Positions 35,834 to 44,038 of a stretch of DNA of 46,909 nucleotides are shown one piece after another (the first letter of the stretch is position 1; every line of letters starts with the position of its first letter). The stretch is from assembly GCA_041499075.1 (NCBI GenBank), contig JBGQJN010000004.1:1-46909 (forward strand). The letters run 5' to 3'. The notes below the pieces were generated by a model. It made no database searches. It was not told the origin of the DNA and was given only the letters and a program-made list of their open reading frames with translations. The position numbers were made by a program, and so were the translations under genes. The stretch comes from Minisyncoccia bacterium (lineage in GTDB: Bacteria; Patescibacteriota; Minisyncoccia; 2-02-FULL-40-12; IGHO2-01-FULL-4-A).

Positions 35834-36721
35834 TTAGATGAAAAGCAAAATAAAGCCGGCGATTATCAGCCCCGTGGCAAGCGACTTGTGTAAAATCGCA
35901 TGCCGTTCGTGTATGGTTTCGTTGAAATATTCCGGGAATTTCTTGGTGAAAATAACGGCGATCAAAAGAAGGAAGACAAATTGCAGACTTGATAGGGCAT
36001 TTACGATTGAGACTTCGCCGAGTTTGATGGAGTAAAGCACCAGCACGGATGCCAGGCCGGCGAGGGCCTTGTTCATCACGAGGGTAAATTTGGTTGATAG
36101 CGACGATTCTTTTGCGCTTGCAAAGATCGCACTTCTAGTGACTGGCCGTAACAGGAACAAAAGAACGGTAGGTACTACCATTATTCTAGACCAGAAAAAG
36201 CCGTTCCAGAAGGTGGTCTGATTGAAAATATCTTTTATAAAAACCGAGGACAGGCCGAACAAAACTCCGCCGATCAATAAAAAAACTGAAGCGCGCCAGG
36301 AAAGCCGGAAGTATGACATCAAGAGCATGCCGCAGATCATCAAAACTGCGGCTATAGTAAAGTTACCGCTTAATCTGCTGCCCAAGGCTACTGTGCTGAA
36401 GATAAGAGTCGCTATCGTGCTGATTAATCCAAAAACCGGAGCGACATCGGAAGCATCGGAAATCTTCAAGGACTCAAAAAGTAACAGCAAGGCAAAAGTG
36501 AAACTTAGACCCGCCATCAAGGATAAACTTAGGACCGCCGCTGACGGCATCAATACCAGACCGAAAGGCACAAGTAGGATGACTACAGCCGACAGCCCTC
36601 CAACGTAGAAAGTATAAGCAACCGGCTCTCTGATTGTCCGCGTGATAATCAAACTCTTATCAACTAACGTGACGACGGCGTTTATGAATTGAGCGATAAC
36701 AACTATATAAATCCAGATCAT
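35834..36721 (-). CDS. DMT-superfamily (EamA-like) 10-TM transporter
   Basis: Two 5-TM halves with a hydropathy pattern typical of EamA. Confidence 0.65.
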   Translation of the reverse strand: MIWIYIVVIAQFINAVVTLVDKSLIITRTIREPVAYTFYVGGLSAVVILLVPFGLVLMPSAAVLSLSLMAGLSFTFALLLLFESLKISDASDVAPVFGLISTIATLIFSTVALGSRLSGNFTIAAVLMICGMLLMSYFRLSWRASVFLLIGGVLFGLSSVFIKDIFNQTTFWNGFFWSRIMVVPTVLLFLLRPVTRSAIFASAKESSLSTKFTLVMNKALAGLASVLVLYSIKLGEVSIVNALSSLQFVFLLLIAVIFTKKFPEYFNETIHERHAILHKSLATGLIIAGFILLFI

Positions 36722-36739
36722 AAAAATAGTTATTAGTTC

Positions 36740-38005
36740 CTAGTTGCTAGTTTCTAGTGAATTTGTTTGGCAGATTTTTTTATATTCATAAGCCGATGGC
36801 CTGATTTTACGCTCCAAAGTACCGTAATCAATTTCCACAAGACCGAACCTCTTGCTGAAACCATGTGCCCACTCAAAATTATCCAGAAGCGACCAGTAAA
36901 AATAGCCGCGGACATCCGCGCCGTCATGAATCGCCCGATGGACCCAATACAGATGATCTTTTATAAATTTAGCCCTCTTGGTATCGGCGGCATCGGCAAT
37001 ACCGTTTTCGGTAATATAGATCGGCTTTTGATATTTTTTAAGCTCCATTAATACATGGTGGATCGCTCTGGGATATATCGGCCAGCCCATATCAGATTTT
37101 TGTTCATAAAATTTGTATCCGAAATGTTTATGAAAATAGAAGTTCAGACCTATAAAGTCTTGCTGCCTGCTGATCTTTTTTAAAAAATAATGGTTCCAAA
37201 AAAGTTTTCTTATGGGCTGAATTGTGCGACCTAACAGGTTGAATTTTGTTGAGTCAAAGTCAAAGTTATTTTTTGCAATACCCACTTTAAGATTTGGGTT
37301 TATCTTTTTAATAATATTGTACGACGTTAGGTGAGAGGATATTAAGGTTTTTATAACTTTCCAAAAAGCAAATGGGTTGAATTTAAATGGAGGCCAATAG
37401 CGTTTCATATAACCAGCCCAAGCATAAACAAACGGCTCATTGATTGTAATCCAAAATTTGGCCCCTATCCCCCCTTGGCTCGCCGTAGCTTCCTTGTCCG
37501 CCGAAGCTTCAGCGTAGGAGGAAGCGGAGGCGGCTAGCCGGCTGACCACATATTCGCAATATCTGGCAAAATAAAAAGGCGCTTTTTTGTTTTCAAAGCC
37601 GCCCATATGCGCAAACCAAATTGGCAAAGTGAAATGCCAGAGGGTTACGAATGGCTCTAATCCCCGCTCATGAAGCGCCTGCAATACCTTGCGATAATGT
37701 TCAATCGCACCCTCATCAAACTTTCCTTCTTCTGGCTCGATCCGCGCCCATTCTATTGAGAAGCGGTGAGCATTTTGTCCCAGATTGCGGGCAATATCAA
37801 AGTCTGATTCATAGCGATTATAATGATCACAAGCGCGACCAGCCAGTGGCAAAGATTTTGCCCTAGCTAGAGCTTGCCTGCTCAAGTTTGGCCATGCCAA
37901 AGTTGGTTGGGCCCAGTCGTTATTTTCTATCCCGCCCTCCACTTGATACGCCGAAGTTGCGCTACCCCAATAAAAACCTTCGGGAAATTTTGACTTTTCA
38001 GCCAT
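36740..38005 (-). CDS. glycoside hydrolase family 1 beta-glucosidase
   Basis: N-terminal FPEGFYWGSATSAYQVEGG. Acid/base TINEP. Nucleophile YITENG. It carries an Ala/Ser-rich insertion. Start set at the internal ATG (MAEKSKFPEGF) rather than the ORF-track start. Confidence 0.88.
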   Translation of the reverse strand: MAEKSKFPEGFYWGSATSAYQVEGGIENNDWAQPTLAWPNLSRQALARAKSLPLAGRACDHYNRYESDFDIARNLGQNAHRFSIEWARIEPEEGKFDEGAIEHYRKVLQALHERGLEPFVTLWHFTLPIWFAHMGGFENKKAPFYFARYCEYVVSRLAASASSYAEASADKEATASQGGIGAKFWITINEPFVYAWAGYMKRYWPPFKFNPFAFWKVIKTLISSHLTSYNIIKKINPNLKVGIAKNNFDFDSTKFNLLGRTIQPIRKLFWNHYFLKKISRQQDFIGLNFYFHKHFGYKFYEQKSDMGWPIYPRAIHHVLMELKKYQKPIYITENGIADAADTKRAKFIKDHLYWVHRAIHDGADVRGYFYWSLLDNFEWAHGFSKRFGLVEIDYGTLERKIRPSAYEYKKICQTNSLETSN

Positions 38006-38067
38006 GAAACAATTATAGCATAGAATAAAAGCTCCTAGGCGGAGCTTAAAAAAAAACAGAGACAAAT

Positions 38068-38784
38068 CTAGCGGAAATATGACGGCCCGACAATGAAATG
38101 ATGGCTAATATTATCCGGCACAATCAGGAACAACAAGAACTTGATTACAGCAAAAGCTGGAACCAGGAAATACAGATTGCGGTATTTGAGAAATATTCTT
38201 GAGCTGAAATAGCCGCCGATTAGAGCGATCAGCATCAGGAACGGGTTGGGAAAATGAACTACAGAGAAGAACAGACCAGCGAGTTTAGATATCTGTTTAT
38301 TTTTGTCGTTAAAATTTATTTCCACACGGTAGAATATCAATAAACGATTAACGAAGTAGCCACAAAGCAAATATTGCTGTATCAGACCTGATTTGAGATC
38401 ATTCATCAGATTACCCAGGGCGTGAGACGCAGTCATTGGCCGCCAGGGAGAAGCACAAACAATTACGATCATAGTGGCCAGAATGAATACCGTCCAATCT
38501 GAGTCAAACATTTCAACAAAACATTTTTTGATATCTCTCGGCCAGAAACCTATCTCGTAGGGTCCCTCTTTACGGACTACATGCGACAAGATGACGACAC
38601 CAAGAACCATCAACCAATCACGACTACCCCGCAGAAACCAGATATATTCCAGCAGTAACGTCAACACCAGCAAAGCTTCAATTAGTGTCAGCCAATCGTG
38701 ACCACGTGTTTGTTTGTGCTGTGTCTTACTCCGCACATTCAACAAATCCAATTTCAACATGTTAAACACCTCCCCATTTTTCAA
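38068..38784 (-). CDS. CPBP-family intramembrane metalloprotease (CAAX protease / Abi)
   Basis: Motifs …EYIWFLRG…, FSVVH and HALGN match the CPBP E(E)xxxR, FxxxH and HxxxN signatures. It has 6-7 TM. A possible alternative start at M9 (about 38760) would abut the crp stop. Confidence 0.7.
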   Translation of the reverse strand: MKNGEVFNMLKLDLLNVRSKTQHKQTRGHDWLTLIEALLVLTLLLEYIWFLRGSRDWLMVLGVVILSHVVRKEGPYEIGFWPRDIKKCFVEMFDSDWTVFILATMIVIVCASPWRPMTASHALGNLMNDLKSGLIQQYLLCGYFVNRLLIFYRVEINFNDKNKQISKLAGLFFSVVHFPNPFLMLIALIGGYFSSRIFLKYRNLYFLVPAFAVIKFLLFLIVPDNISHHFIVGPSYFR

Positions 38785-39457
38785 AAAAACTATTTTTCAG
38801 GTTTTTCAGGATAATACGGCGTTCGCGCCTGGAATAAGTCAGGTATCCAGCTTGCCTAAGACTATTCATTTGCAAGTTTACCTCTATGCGAGAAGCTCCT
38901 ATATAACTCGCCAAATCTTTTTGAATAAAATAGCGAATCTCGACACCTTCTTCAGTTTTTTCGCCGATACGATTTCCCAAATCACGCAGTGCATCAATCA
39001 ATCTATCGCCGAGCACATGACTACACAGTGAAAAGATACGCCTATTTCTTTCAATAATTCTCTTAACGAATACCCTGGTCAATGCCATGCCCAATTCTGG
39101 TTTGTTTCTAATTGCTCTGGTTACATCATTGTACATCCACCAAATGAGTTTACAATTCTGCAATGCCACTGCTTTGTATATGCGCTGATTCTGGATTAAG
39201 CATTCTTCTCCGAAAACATCACCTGGAAAACAAAAATCTACAATCGTCTGTTTACCACCTTCATCTATCCTGACTAGTTTGACGGATCCCTTGCTAACCA
39301 GATACAAGATATCGCTGATAACTCGCGGTTCAAAAATTGTATCTTTTTTATTGAATTCAGCCATTGTTGCCGATGGTGGCAGAAGCGACAATAGACGGTC
39401 TATGCTAGGATTAAGCGGAGTTGGCATTTTGGGCCTCCTCTTTCTTTTATTATTCAA
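38762..39457 (-). CDS. Crp/Fnr-family transcriptional regulator
   Basis: cNMP-binding beta-barrel …FCFPGDVFGEE…, then a C-terminal HTH …KDLASYIGASRIEVNLQMNSL…. TTG start in the track. Confidence 0.85.
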   Translation of the reverse strand: MNNKRKRRPKMPTPLNPSIDRLLSLLPPSATMAEFNKKDTIFEPRVISDILYLVSKGSVKLVRIDEGGKQTIVDFCFPGDVFGEECLIQNQRIYKAVALQNCKLIWWMYNDVTRAIRNKPELGMALTRVFVKRIIERNRRIFSLCSHVLGDRLIDALRDLGNRIGEKTEEGVEIRYFIQKDLASYIGASRIEVNLQMNSLRQAGYLTYSRRERRIILKNLKNSFFEKWGGV

Positions 39458-39570
39458 TTTTCAAATGAACTGTTCTCTTAATTTATCACATAATACAACT
39501 TTGTCAATACTAAATTAACACTAATCTTCTGGCAATCTCTCTTTACTCGTCCTGGGTTTTTGTTGGTCCA

Positions 39571-39663
39571 GTCCCGATTTTGTTGTCGCCAAAATGGCGA
39601 CTTACAAAATCGAGGATCCTCGATTTTTCAACCAAACCATTCTGGTTTGGGAAAAATCGGGAC
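39571..39663. other. 93-nt four-way-junction (cloverleaf-like) element containing a 22-bp perfect palindrome centred on GGATCC
   Basis: Outer stem gtcccgatttt/aaaatcgggac. Three internal hairpins: gtcgcc-aaaat-ggcgac, aaaatcgagga|tcctcgatttt, and caaacca-ttc-tggtttg. It sits 10 nt after the stop of the 39673 gene and about 200 nt upstream of crp. Confidence 0.4.
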
Positions 39664-39672
39664 CATTCCTTA

Positions 39673-41124
39673 TTATTCAGGGAGTCTTTCTTTGCTAGTT
39701 CTAGGTTTTTGCTTCTCTAACCATTCTTTGACAAATAATGTCGCCCGGACATCATCTTCATTGTATTTGATTATCTTGTCTTTAATCTTATTGTCGTTTT
39801 TTTCAAGCCATTCGTTGTACCAGACGACAGATTCCGCGCCGCCGGCGTCTTCCGCTTGCCAGGCAAAACCCAAGTACTTGGCCACGTCCTTGAGACTGTA
39901 GAAATATAATGGCAGAACTGCCGTTTCGATCACCTTCCAATGCAGATCAATGGTGTTGTTTTTGAATTTGTCTTCTAAGACGAGAGAAATGCCGTATTTT
40001 TGCGCCAAACGATTGAAGACCTCACGCTCGTAGTAGGAATAATGGTAAATTACGAAATCGTCCAGTGATTCCAAAAAATCCAAAAACTCGCGCCAGATTC
40101 TTTCTTCGTCTTTTTTATCATCGGCCCAAAAATATTTGTACTCGGTATTGCCGTCGGCGTGTTTGATCAGCGCGCCCAGGAGGTAGTCTATAGTTTCTGT
40201 CGGATCGGACTCTATATCAAAGTAAATTTCGGTAGACACCTGCGGGAACTCGCTTTTTTTGAGAATCTTCGGTTCGTTTGAGAGCAAAACCTGTGCCTGG
40301 TTAAAGAAACGCAAAATTTTATCAAAGGGCCACTCCTCAAATTTCAGCCGCAGATCGTCAATGTCGGCTTCGGCCAAATCTTTAACCGTACGGATGCCGA
40401 TATCGTAAAAACGTCGCTGATCATTCTGGCTCAAACGGTAAATCAGCGAGATGTCATCACAGCCCTTGGTTTCTTCCACGCAAAGAGAATACCAGGGCGA
40501 CTGCTTACAGCCGCTTTTGAGAAACGGCGGCGGCTTTTCGCCGTCCAGTATCTTTTCTATACGCTCACGGGTCAGATGGAAATAATCAAGGAAGTCATCG
40601 GTCATGAATGATCGCTCTTCACCGTCAGCATTGATAATATAGGCATCACGCGGCATCACACCCTGCAGACGTTCCAATATTAAACTGTAAAAAACCAGCT
40701 GGAATTTGTATTCATCGCGCATCTCGCGCCCGCTTTTGATATCATAGACCACATAGTAATTATCGCCGAAATTAGATTTCATGCCCTTTTCAACCGGCCG
40801 CGCTTCAAGCAGATCGGGAATGCCGACCCAGTATTCATCCATCAAGACGCCGTGATAAATATTTTTGCCCTGCTTCATCAGTTCAAGCGTAGTCAGAAAT
40901 GCCTCGTCCAGATCGCGGAGGAGTTCTGGCTTAACCTCTTCAAATACTCGTGACTTGATCATTTCTCTTTCATGCTTGAGGCCGTTCTTATGTATCATCT
41001 CAATCAGCGGCGGGATTTGGCCCTTTCTGGACTGATCACCGTAAATGTCATACCAAATCCAATGCGGACACTGGAAAAATTTATAGAAATGCTCCCCCGT
41101 TAGTTTGTACTTTTTATCTGGCAT
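39673..41124 (-). CDS. TM0106-type RecB-like nuclease: N-terminal PD-(D/E)xK domain plus C-terminal RNase-H-like 3'-5' exonuclease domain
   Basis: N-terminal …FFQCPHWIWYD… and YVVYDIKSG (D-x-K). C-terminal IYFDIESDP, which is the DEDD/RNase_H_2-like acidic motif. Confidence 0.7.
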   Translation of the reverse strand: MPDKKYKLTGEHFYKFFQCPHWIWYDIYGDQSRKGQIPPLIEMIHKNGLKHEREMIKSRVFEEVKPELLRDLDEAFLTTLELMKQGKNIYHGVLMDEYWVGIPDLLEARPVEKGMKSNFGDNYYVVYDIKSGREMRDEYKFQLVFYSLILERLQGVMPRDAYIINADGEERSFMTDDFLDYFHLTRERIEKILDGEKPPPFLKSGCKQSPWYSLCVEETKGCDDISLIYRLSQNDQRRFYDIGIRTVKDLAEADIDDLRLKFEEWPFDKILRFFNQAQVLLSNEPKILKKSEFPQVSTEIYFDIESDPTETIDYLLGALIKHADGNTEYKYFWADDKKDEERIWREFLDFLESLDDFVIYHYSYYEREVFNRLAQKYGISLVLEDKFKNNTIDLHWKVIETAVLPLYFYSLKDVAKYLGFAWQAEDAGGAESVVWYNEWLEKNDNKIKDKIIKYNEDDVRATLFVKEWLEKQKPRTSKERLPE

Positions 41125-41258
41125 GATAATTCAATTAAAATATTAAGATTCTCATGTTTGCCCAAATTCAAGGCAAAAGATGAGTATTGAGCGAGGCGTA
41201 CTATAGCTACGACGAGCTCAAACGGAATCTTTTAACGAAGAAATTGGGCAAAACCGCA

Positions 41259-41308
41259 GGGCTTGAATCGCGGCAAGCCCCTAAGATTTCGGGCTTCGCG
41301 ATTCAAGC
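41259..41308 (-). terminator. long imperfect hairpin ggcttgaatcgcg(gc)aagccc-ctaagatttc-gggcttcgcgattcaagc overlapping the stop of the Cas4-like gene. It is the likely operon terminator.
   Basis: Inverted repeat seen directly. A T-rich stretch follows on the minus strand. Confidence 0.45.
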
Positions 41309-42022
41309 ATTTGAATCTTGCACGTGATTAAAATGCTGCATTGCCCAATTGCAATGCTGACATTCGGCGCCAGAGTCTGGCGGGACGTCAGAATGGGCAA
41401 GCTCAACTGCTTTTTTGAAAATATCGTAGACGTAGGTCGGGTCAGCATCCACTTCACGCACCTCTCCGCGAAATGGCAATCGGCCTCTGAAGCCGTCGGT
41501 TTTGTCCACCTGATAGAAAACAAAGTATCCTTTGCGTGCAGTTTTGTGACCGAGCTGTTCCAAGATGTAAGTGTAGACGTCCATCTGCATTTTATAATCA
41601 TCATAAACGGAAATCTCTTTGGCACCGGATGATTTGTAATCAATGACTGCAAGTGAACCATTTTGGAATTCCAACATGTCATCCACCGCCCCGAAGAGCG
41701 TGGCATCAAGACCTTCGTCATGGTACTTAAGACCCTCAAAATTGTTGCGCCACTTTTTAAGTTGCTCCTGATCGGGGAAAAGCTTGGCTTCCGCCAGGCC
41801 CTTGAAACCGACCAAGACCGGATGCATTATTCCGCGTTCGCGATAGCCGTCAAACTCGGCCTTGAGCAATTGGTCCACCGCAATAGATAACGTATAGGGA
41901 TAGCCCTGTGGCCGACCCAGACCTTTGTGTTTGTATAACCAAAAACAGCGCGGACATTCTTTCATCAGCTGTAGGTTAGCGCGCGATATTTTAAGAAGTT
42001 TTGAGGTTTTAAAATAAGCCAT
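41303..42022 (-). CDS. Cas4-like PD-(D/E)xK nuclease with N- and C-terminal Cys pairs
   Basis: CPRC near the N-terminus. GAVDDM and VIDYKSSG form the nuclease core. C-terminal CQHC. Start set at the internal ATG (MAYFKTSK…). The ORF-track TTG extension reads like non-coding translation. Confidence 0.6.
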   Translation of the reverse strand: MAYFKTSKLLKISRANLQLMKECPRCFWLYKHKGLGRPQGYPYTLSIAVDQLLKAEFDGYRERGIMHPVLVGFKGLAEAKLFPDQEQLKKWRNNFEGLKYHDEGLDATLFGAVDDMLEFQNGSLAVIDYKSSGAKEISVYDDYKMQMDVYTYILEQLGHKTARKGYFVFYQVDKTDGFRGRLPFRGEVREVDADPTYVYDIFKKAVELAHSDVPPDSGAECQHCNWAMQHFNHVQDSNA

Positions 42023-42042
42023 ATTTATTGGCTGACTTTTAC

Positions 42043-42441
42043 TTACTCTAACAAATCCCCCAGCTCTTGCAAAATTTCGTCTGGGATCGGGATTGGTTTG
42101 CCGACGGGGCTGATGCCCGGATAACGCCAAGCAGAAATTATACGTACTTTGGGCCTAGTAAACATAGCTGCGGGCTGGACGTTTGAGGTCGGCCTTTGGC
42201 CGACCTCAAAATACATCACCCAAATTTCCTGGGGTCTTTTTTTATTACTGCCCGGCTGCATAACACCGATTGTACCAGGAGCAATTCCGTCTTCTTTTCT
42301 TTTAGGAAACCTGACTATCCTTTTTATCAAACTTTCCGATATCCCATAATAAAGCATCTTGTCTTTAACATGATTGGTCCATTGATATTTGTCGTCGTTT
42401 TTTGGAAGTTTAAAACCTAACATGATTAAACTCTTTTCCAT
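42043..42441 (-). CDS. hypothetical protein with an N-terminal DUF4258-like (RelE/ParE-fold) motif
   Basis: YQWTNHVKDKMLYYGISESLIKRIV resembles the T-x-H-x-x-x-R-M-x-x-R-G-I-S pattern of DUF4258. The match is weak. Confidence 0.4.
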   Translation of the reverse strand: MEKSLIMLGFKLPKNDDKYQWTNHVKDKMLYYGISESLIKRIVRFPKRKEDGIAPGTIGVMQPGSNKKRPQEIWVMYFEVGQRPTSNVQPAAMFTRPKVRIISAWRYPGISPVGKPIPIPDEILQELGDLLE

Positions 42442-42917
42442 TCCGTTTTTTTGCCAAGCCTTACCCCATCAGCCATGATCAGCTCTTCGTAAATTCCATC
42501 AATAAAATCGTATCCTTTGGCCTCTTCCGATGTGACCCAGGCATGTTGGTCGGCTTCTCCTTCCTGTAGTTTAACCTCACCGGAAACGTAATCGGCCAAA
42601 CAAGTAATTGCGATAGATGGCGTACCGTCTGCATGAATAGTCGCCAAACTGGTAACATACCGGATATTGCCTATATCAATACCCACCTCCTCGGCTACCT
42701 CCCTTCTCAAAACCCGTTCTAAAACATTATACCAATAATTCTCTGTGTCTTTGGGCCAATTCACATAGTCGCTGGTTTCGAGCTTGCCGCCGGGTACCGT
42801 CCACTTTCCGGGAAATCTTTTTTTACTTTTGGAACGACGGGTAATCAAATACTTACCGTCCCTATAGACTATAGCGGCCATGACGACTTCATGAAGGTAT
42901 TGATTTGTAATTTCCAT
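42426..42917 (-). CDS. NUDIX hydrolase
   Basis: Nudix box GGKLE…(x7)…RVLRREVAEEVGI. Confidence 0.85.
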   Translation of the reverse strand: MEITNQYLHEVVMAAIVYRDGKYLITRRSKSKKRFPGKWTVPGGKLETSDYVNWPKDTENYWYNVLERVLRREVAEEVGIDIGNIRYVTSLATIHADGTPSIAITCLADYVSGEVKLQEGEADQHAWVTSEEAKGYDFIDGIYEELIMADGVRLGKKTEWKRV

Positions 42918-42918
42918 T

Positions 42919-43275
42919 TTATTTCAACTCTAAAACGACTAGACCAAATTTTTTAATTTTTTCTTTGTATTTGGGGTAACTATAGTAAGCCGCTTTCAAA
43001 TCTTCTACAGATTTAGCTTCCGGTTCAACGTCTTTGAGTTTACACTTTTTTAGCATGTCTTCAACCGTCTTGAACTTCCTGACGGTCTTTATTCTTTTTT
43101 CAAATCTATTTTTACCGCAAACCAAAACTAATACGTCCCCGGCTTTTATGTCTTTATACCTGACCGTTGCCGCCCGCGTTTCAATTGTTTTCCTGCCGGT
43201 CTTAATATTCTGCCAAGTTTTTTGGTTTATTGCTCGAAAGCGTAGGGTATATTTTTTGGATTTTTCTGCTCCCAT
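42919..43275 (-). CDS. ASCH (PUA-like) domain protein
   Basis: …WQNIKTGRKTIETRAAT…KAGDVLVLV… fits the ASCH beta-barrel signature. Confidence 0.55.
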   Translation of the reverse strand: MGAEKSKKYTLRFRAINQKTWQNIKTGRKTIETRAATVRYKDIKAGDVLVLVCGKNRFEKRIKTVRKFKTVEDMLKKCKLKDVEPEAKSVEDLKAAYYSYPKYKEKIKKFGLVVLELK

Positions 43276-43303
43276 ATTTTTTAAGTGTTAAACTTAATGC
43301 TCT

Positions 43304-43750
43304 TTAGTCCAGTAACTCTAACTTTTGCTTTTCAAAACCAAACAATTTTTCATATATTAATTCGATCTTTTTGGGTTTCAGAACATACCAAGAATCACCC
43401 TGCAGAACATCGTCTGTTTCTTTCGGTTCCGGTTTCTGTCTTTTGCTATAGTGCTTCTTAGCTAAGTCATATCGTGGGCCTTCAATTTTGCCCGCCACAC
43501 CGTCGAATTGTATTCCTAAGCTATTCTCTCCTGGCCCACTCACGGTAATTGTTCCGGCCACTTTGTTATTTTTAAGAATCGCTTGCGAATGCCGCACGTC
43601 AGGATCCGACATCCAATAAATATTCATTGCATCATCGTAAATATAAATAACATCGGCAACCCAAACACCACCATCATCTTGTATGGCCAAACTCATCAGA
43701 TAACCTTTTCCTAAAACCTCCTCGATTAAATCTTGAATATTGTCTTCCAT
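43304..43750 (-). CDS. pyridoxamine 5'-phosphate oxidase-like FMN-binding protein
   Basis: GYLMSLAIQDDGGVWVADVIYIYDD…NIYWMS is a PNPOx split-barrel signature. Confidence 0.65.
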   Translation of the reverse strand: MEDNIQDLIEEVLGKGYLMSLAIQDDGGVWVADVIYIYDDAMNIYWMSDPDVRHSQAILKNNKVAGTITVSGPGENSLGIQFDGVAGKIEGPRYDLAKKHYSKRQKPEPKETDDVLQGDSWYVLKPKKIELIYEKLFGFEKQKLELLD

Positions 43751-43801
43751 AGGAATTAGTCTCCAATATACTCAAATCTTGGCATCTTTTTGCCGTTAAC
43801 C

Positions 43802-43984
43802 TCAACATTTTCCATGAACATCTTTAAACGGTCGAACCCATAATGGAGAGACTTCGTTATCATATAAAGCCTCGTACACAACAAGATCTTCAAGGGTTTC
43901 GCTATGTTTGGCAATACCAACTACTCTATATTTCTTCCCATTGTAATGTCTGTATTTTCCTAATTTAAGCATATTATTTCCCAT
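43802..43984 (-). CDS. DUF1653-family small protein
   Basis: YRHYNGKKYRVVGIAKHSETLEDLVVYEALY…LWVRP matches the DUF1653 consensus. Confidence 0.7.
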   Translation of the reverse strand: MGNNMLKLGKYRHYNGKKYRVVGIAKHSETLEDLVVYEALYDNEVSPLWVRPFKDVHGKC

Positions 43985-44038
43985 GGCATTTTTTATCCCA
44001 GTAGCAGAAGCTTCGCTTCACTACGGGACTGCGAAATG

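Noticed and set aside
38006-38065. N-terminal extension of the GH1 ORF (MSLFFFKLRLGAFILCYNCF)
   Set aside because: GH1 enzymes begin at the conserved FPEGFxWG block. The internal ATG just upstream of it is the more plausible start.
41281-41739. ORF 41281..41739(-) of 152 aa
   Set aside because: It overlaps the Cas4-like gene in a different frame and is Ser/Thr/Arg-rich. This is an artefact of that gene's codon composition.
42023-42130. N-terminal 36-aa extension of the Cas4-like ORF (TTG start in the track)
   Set aside because: The extension is Arg/Pro-rich, has no SD, and begins with TTG. The internal ATG (MAYFKTSK…) sits 21 nt after the upstream gene's stop, which fits operon spacing. My manual count of the C-run at 42056-42061 did not reconcile with the track frame, so exact coordinates here are ±1.
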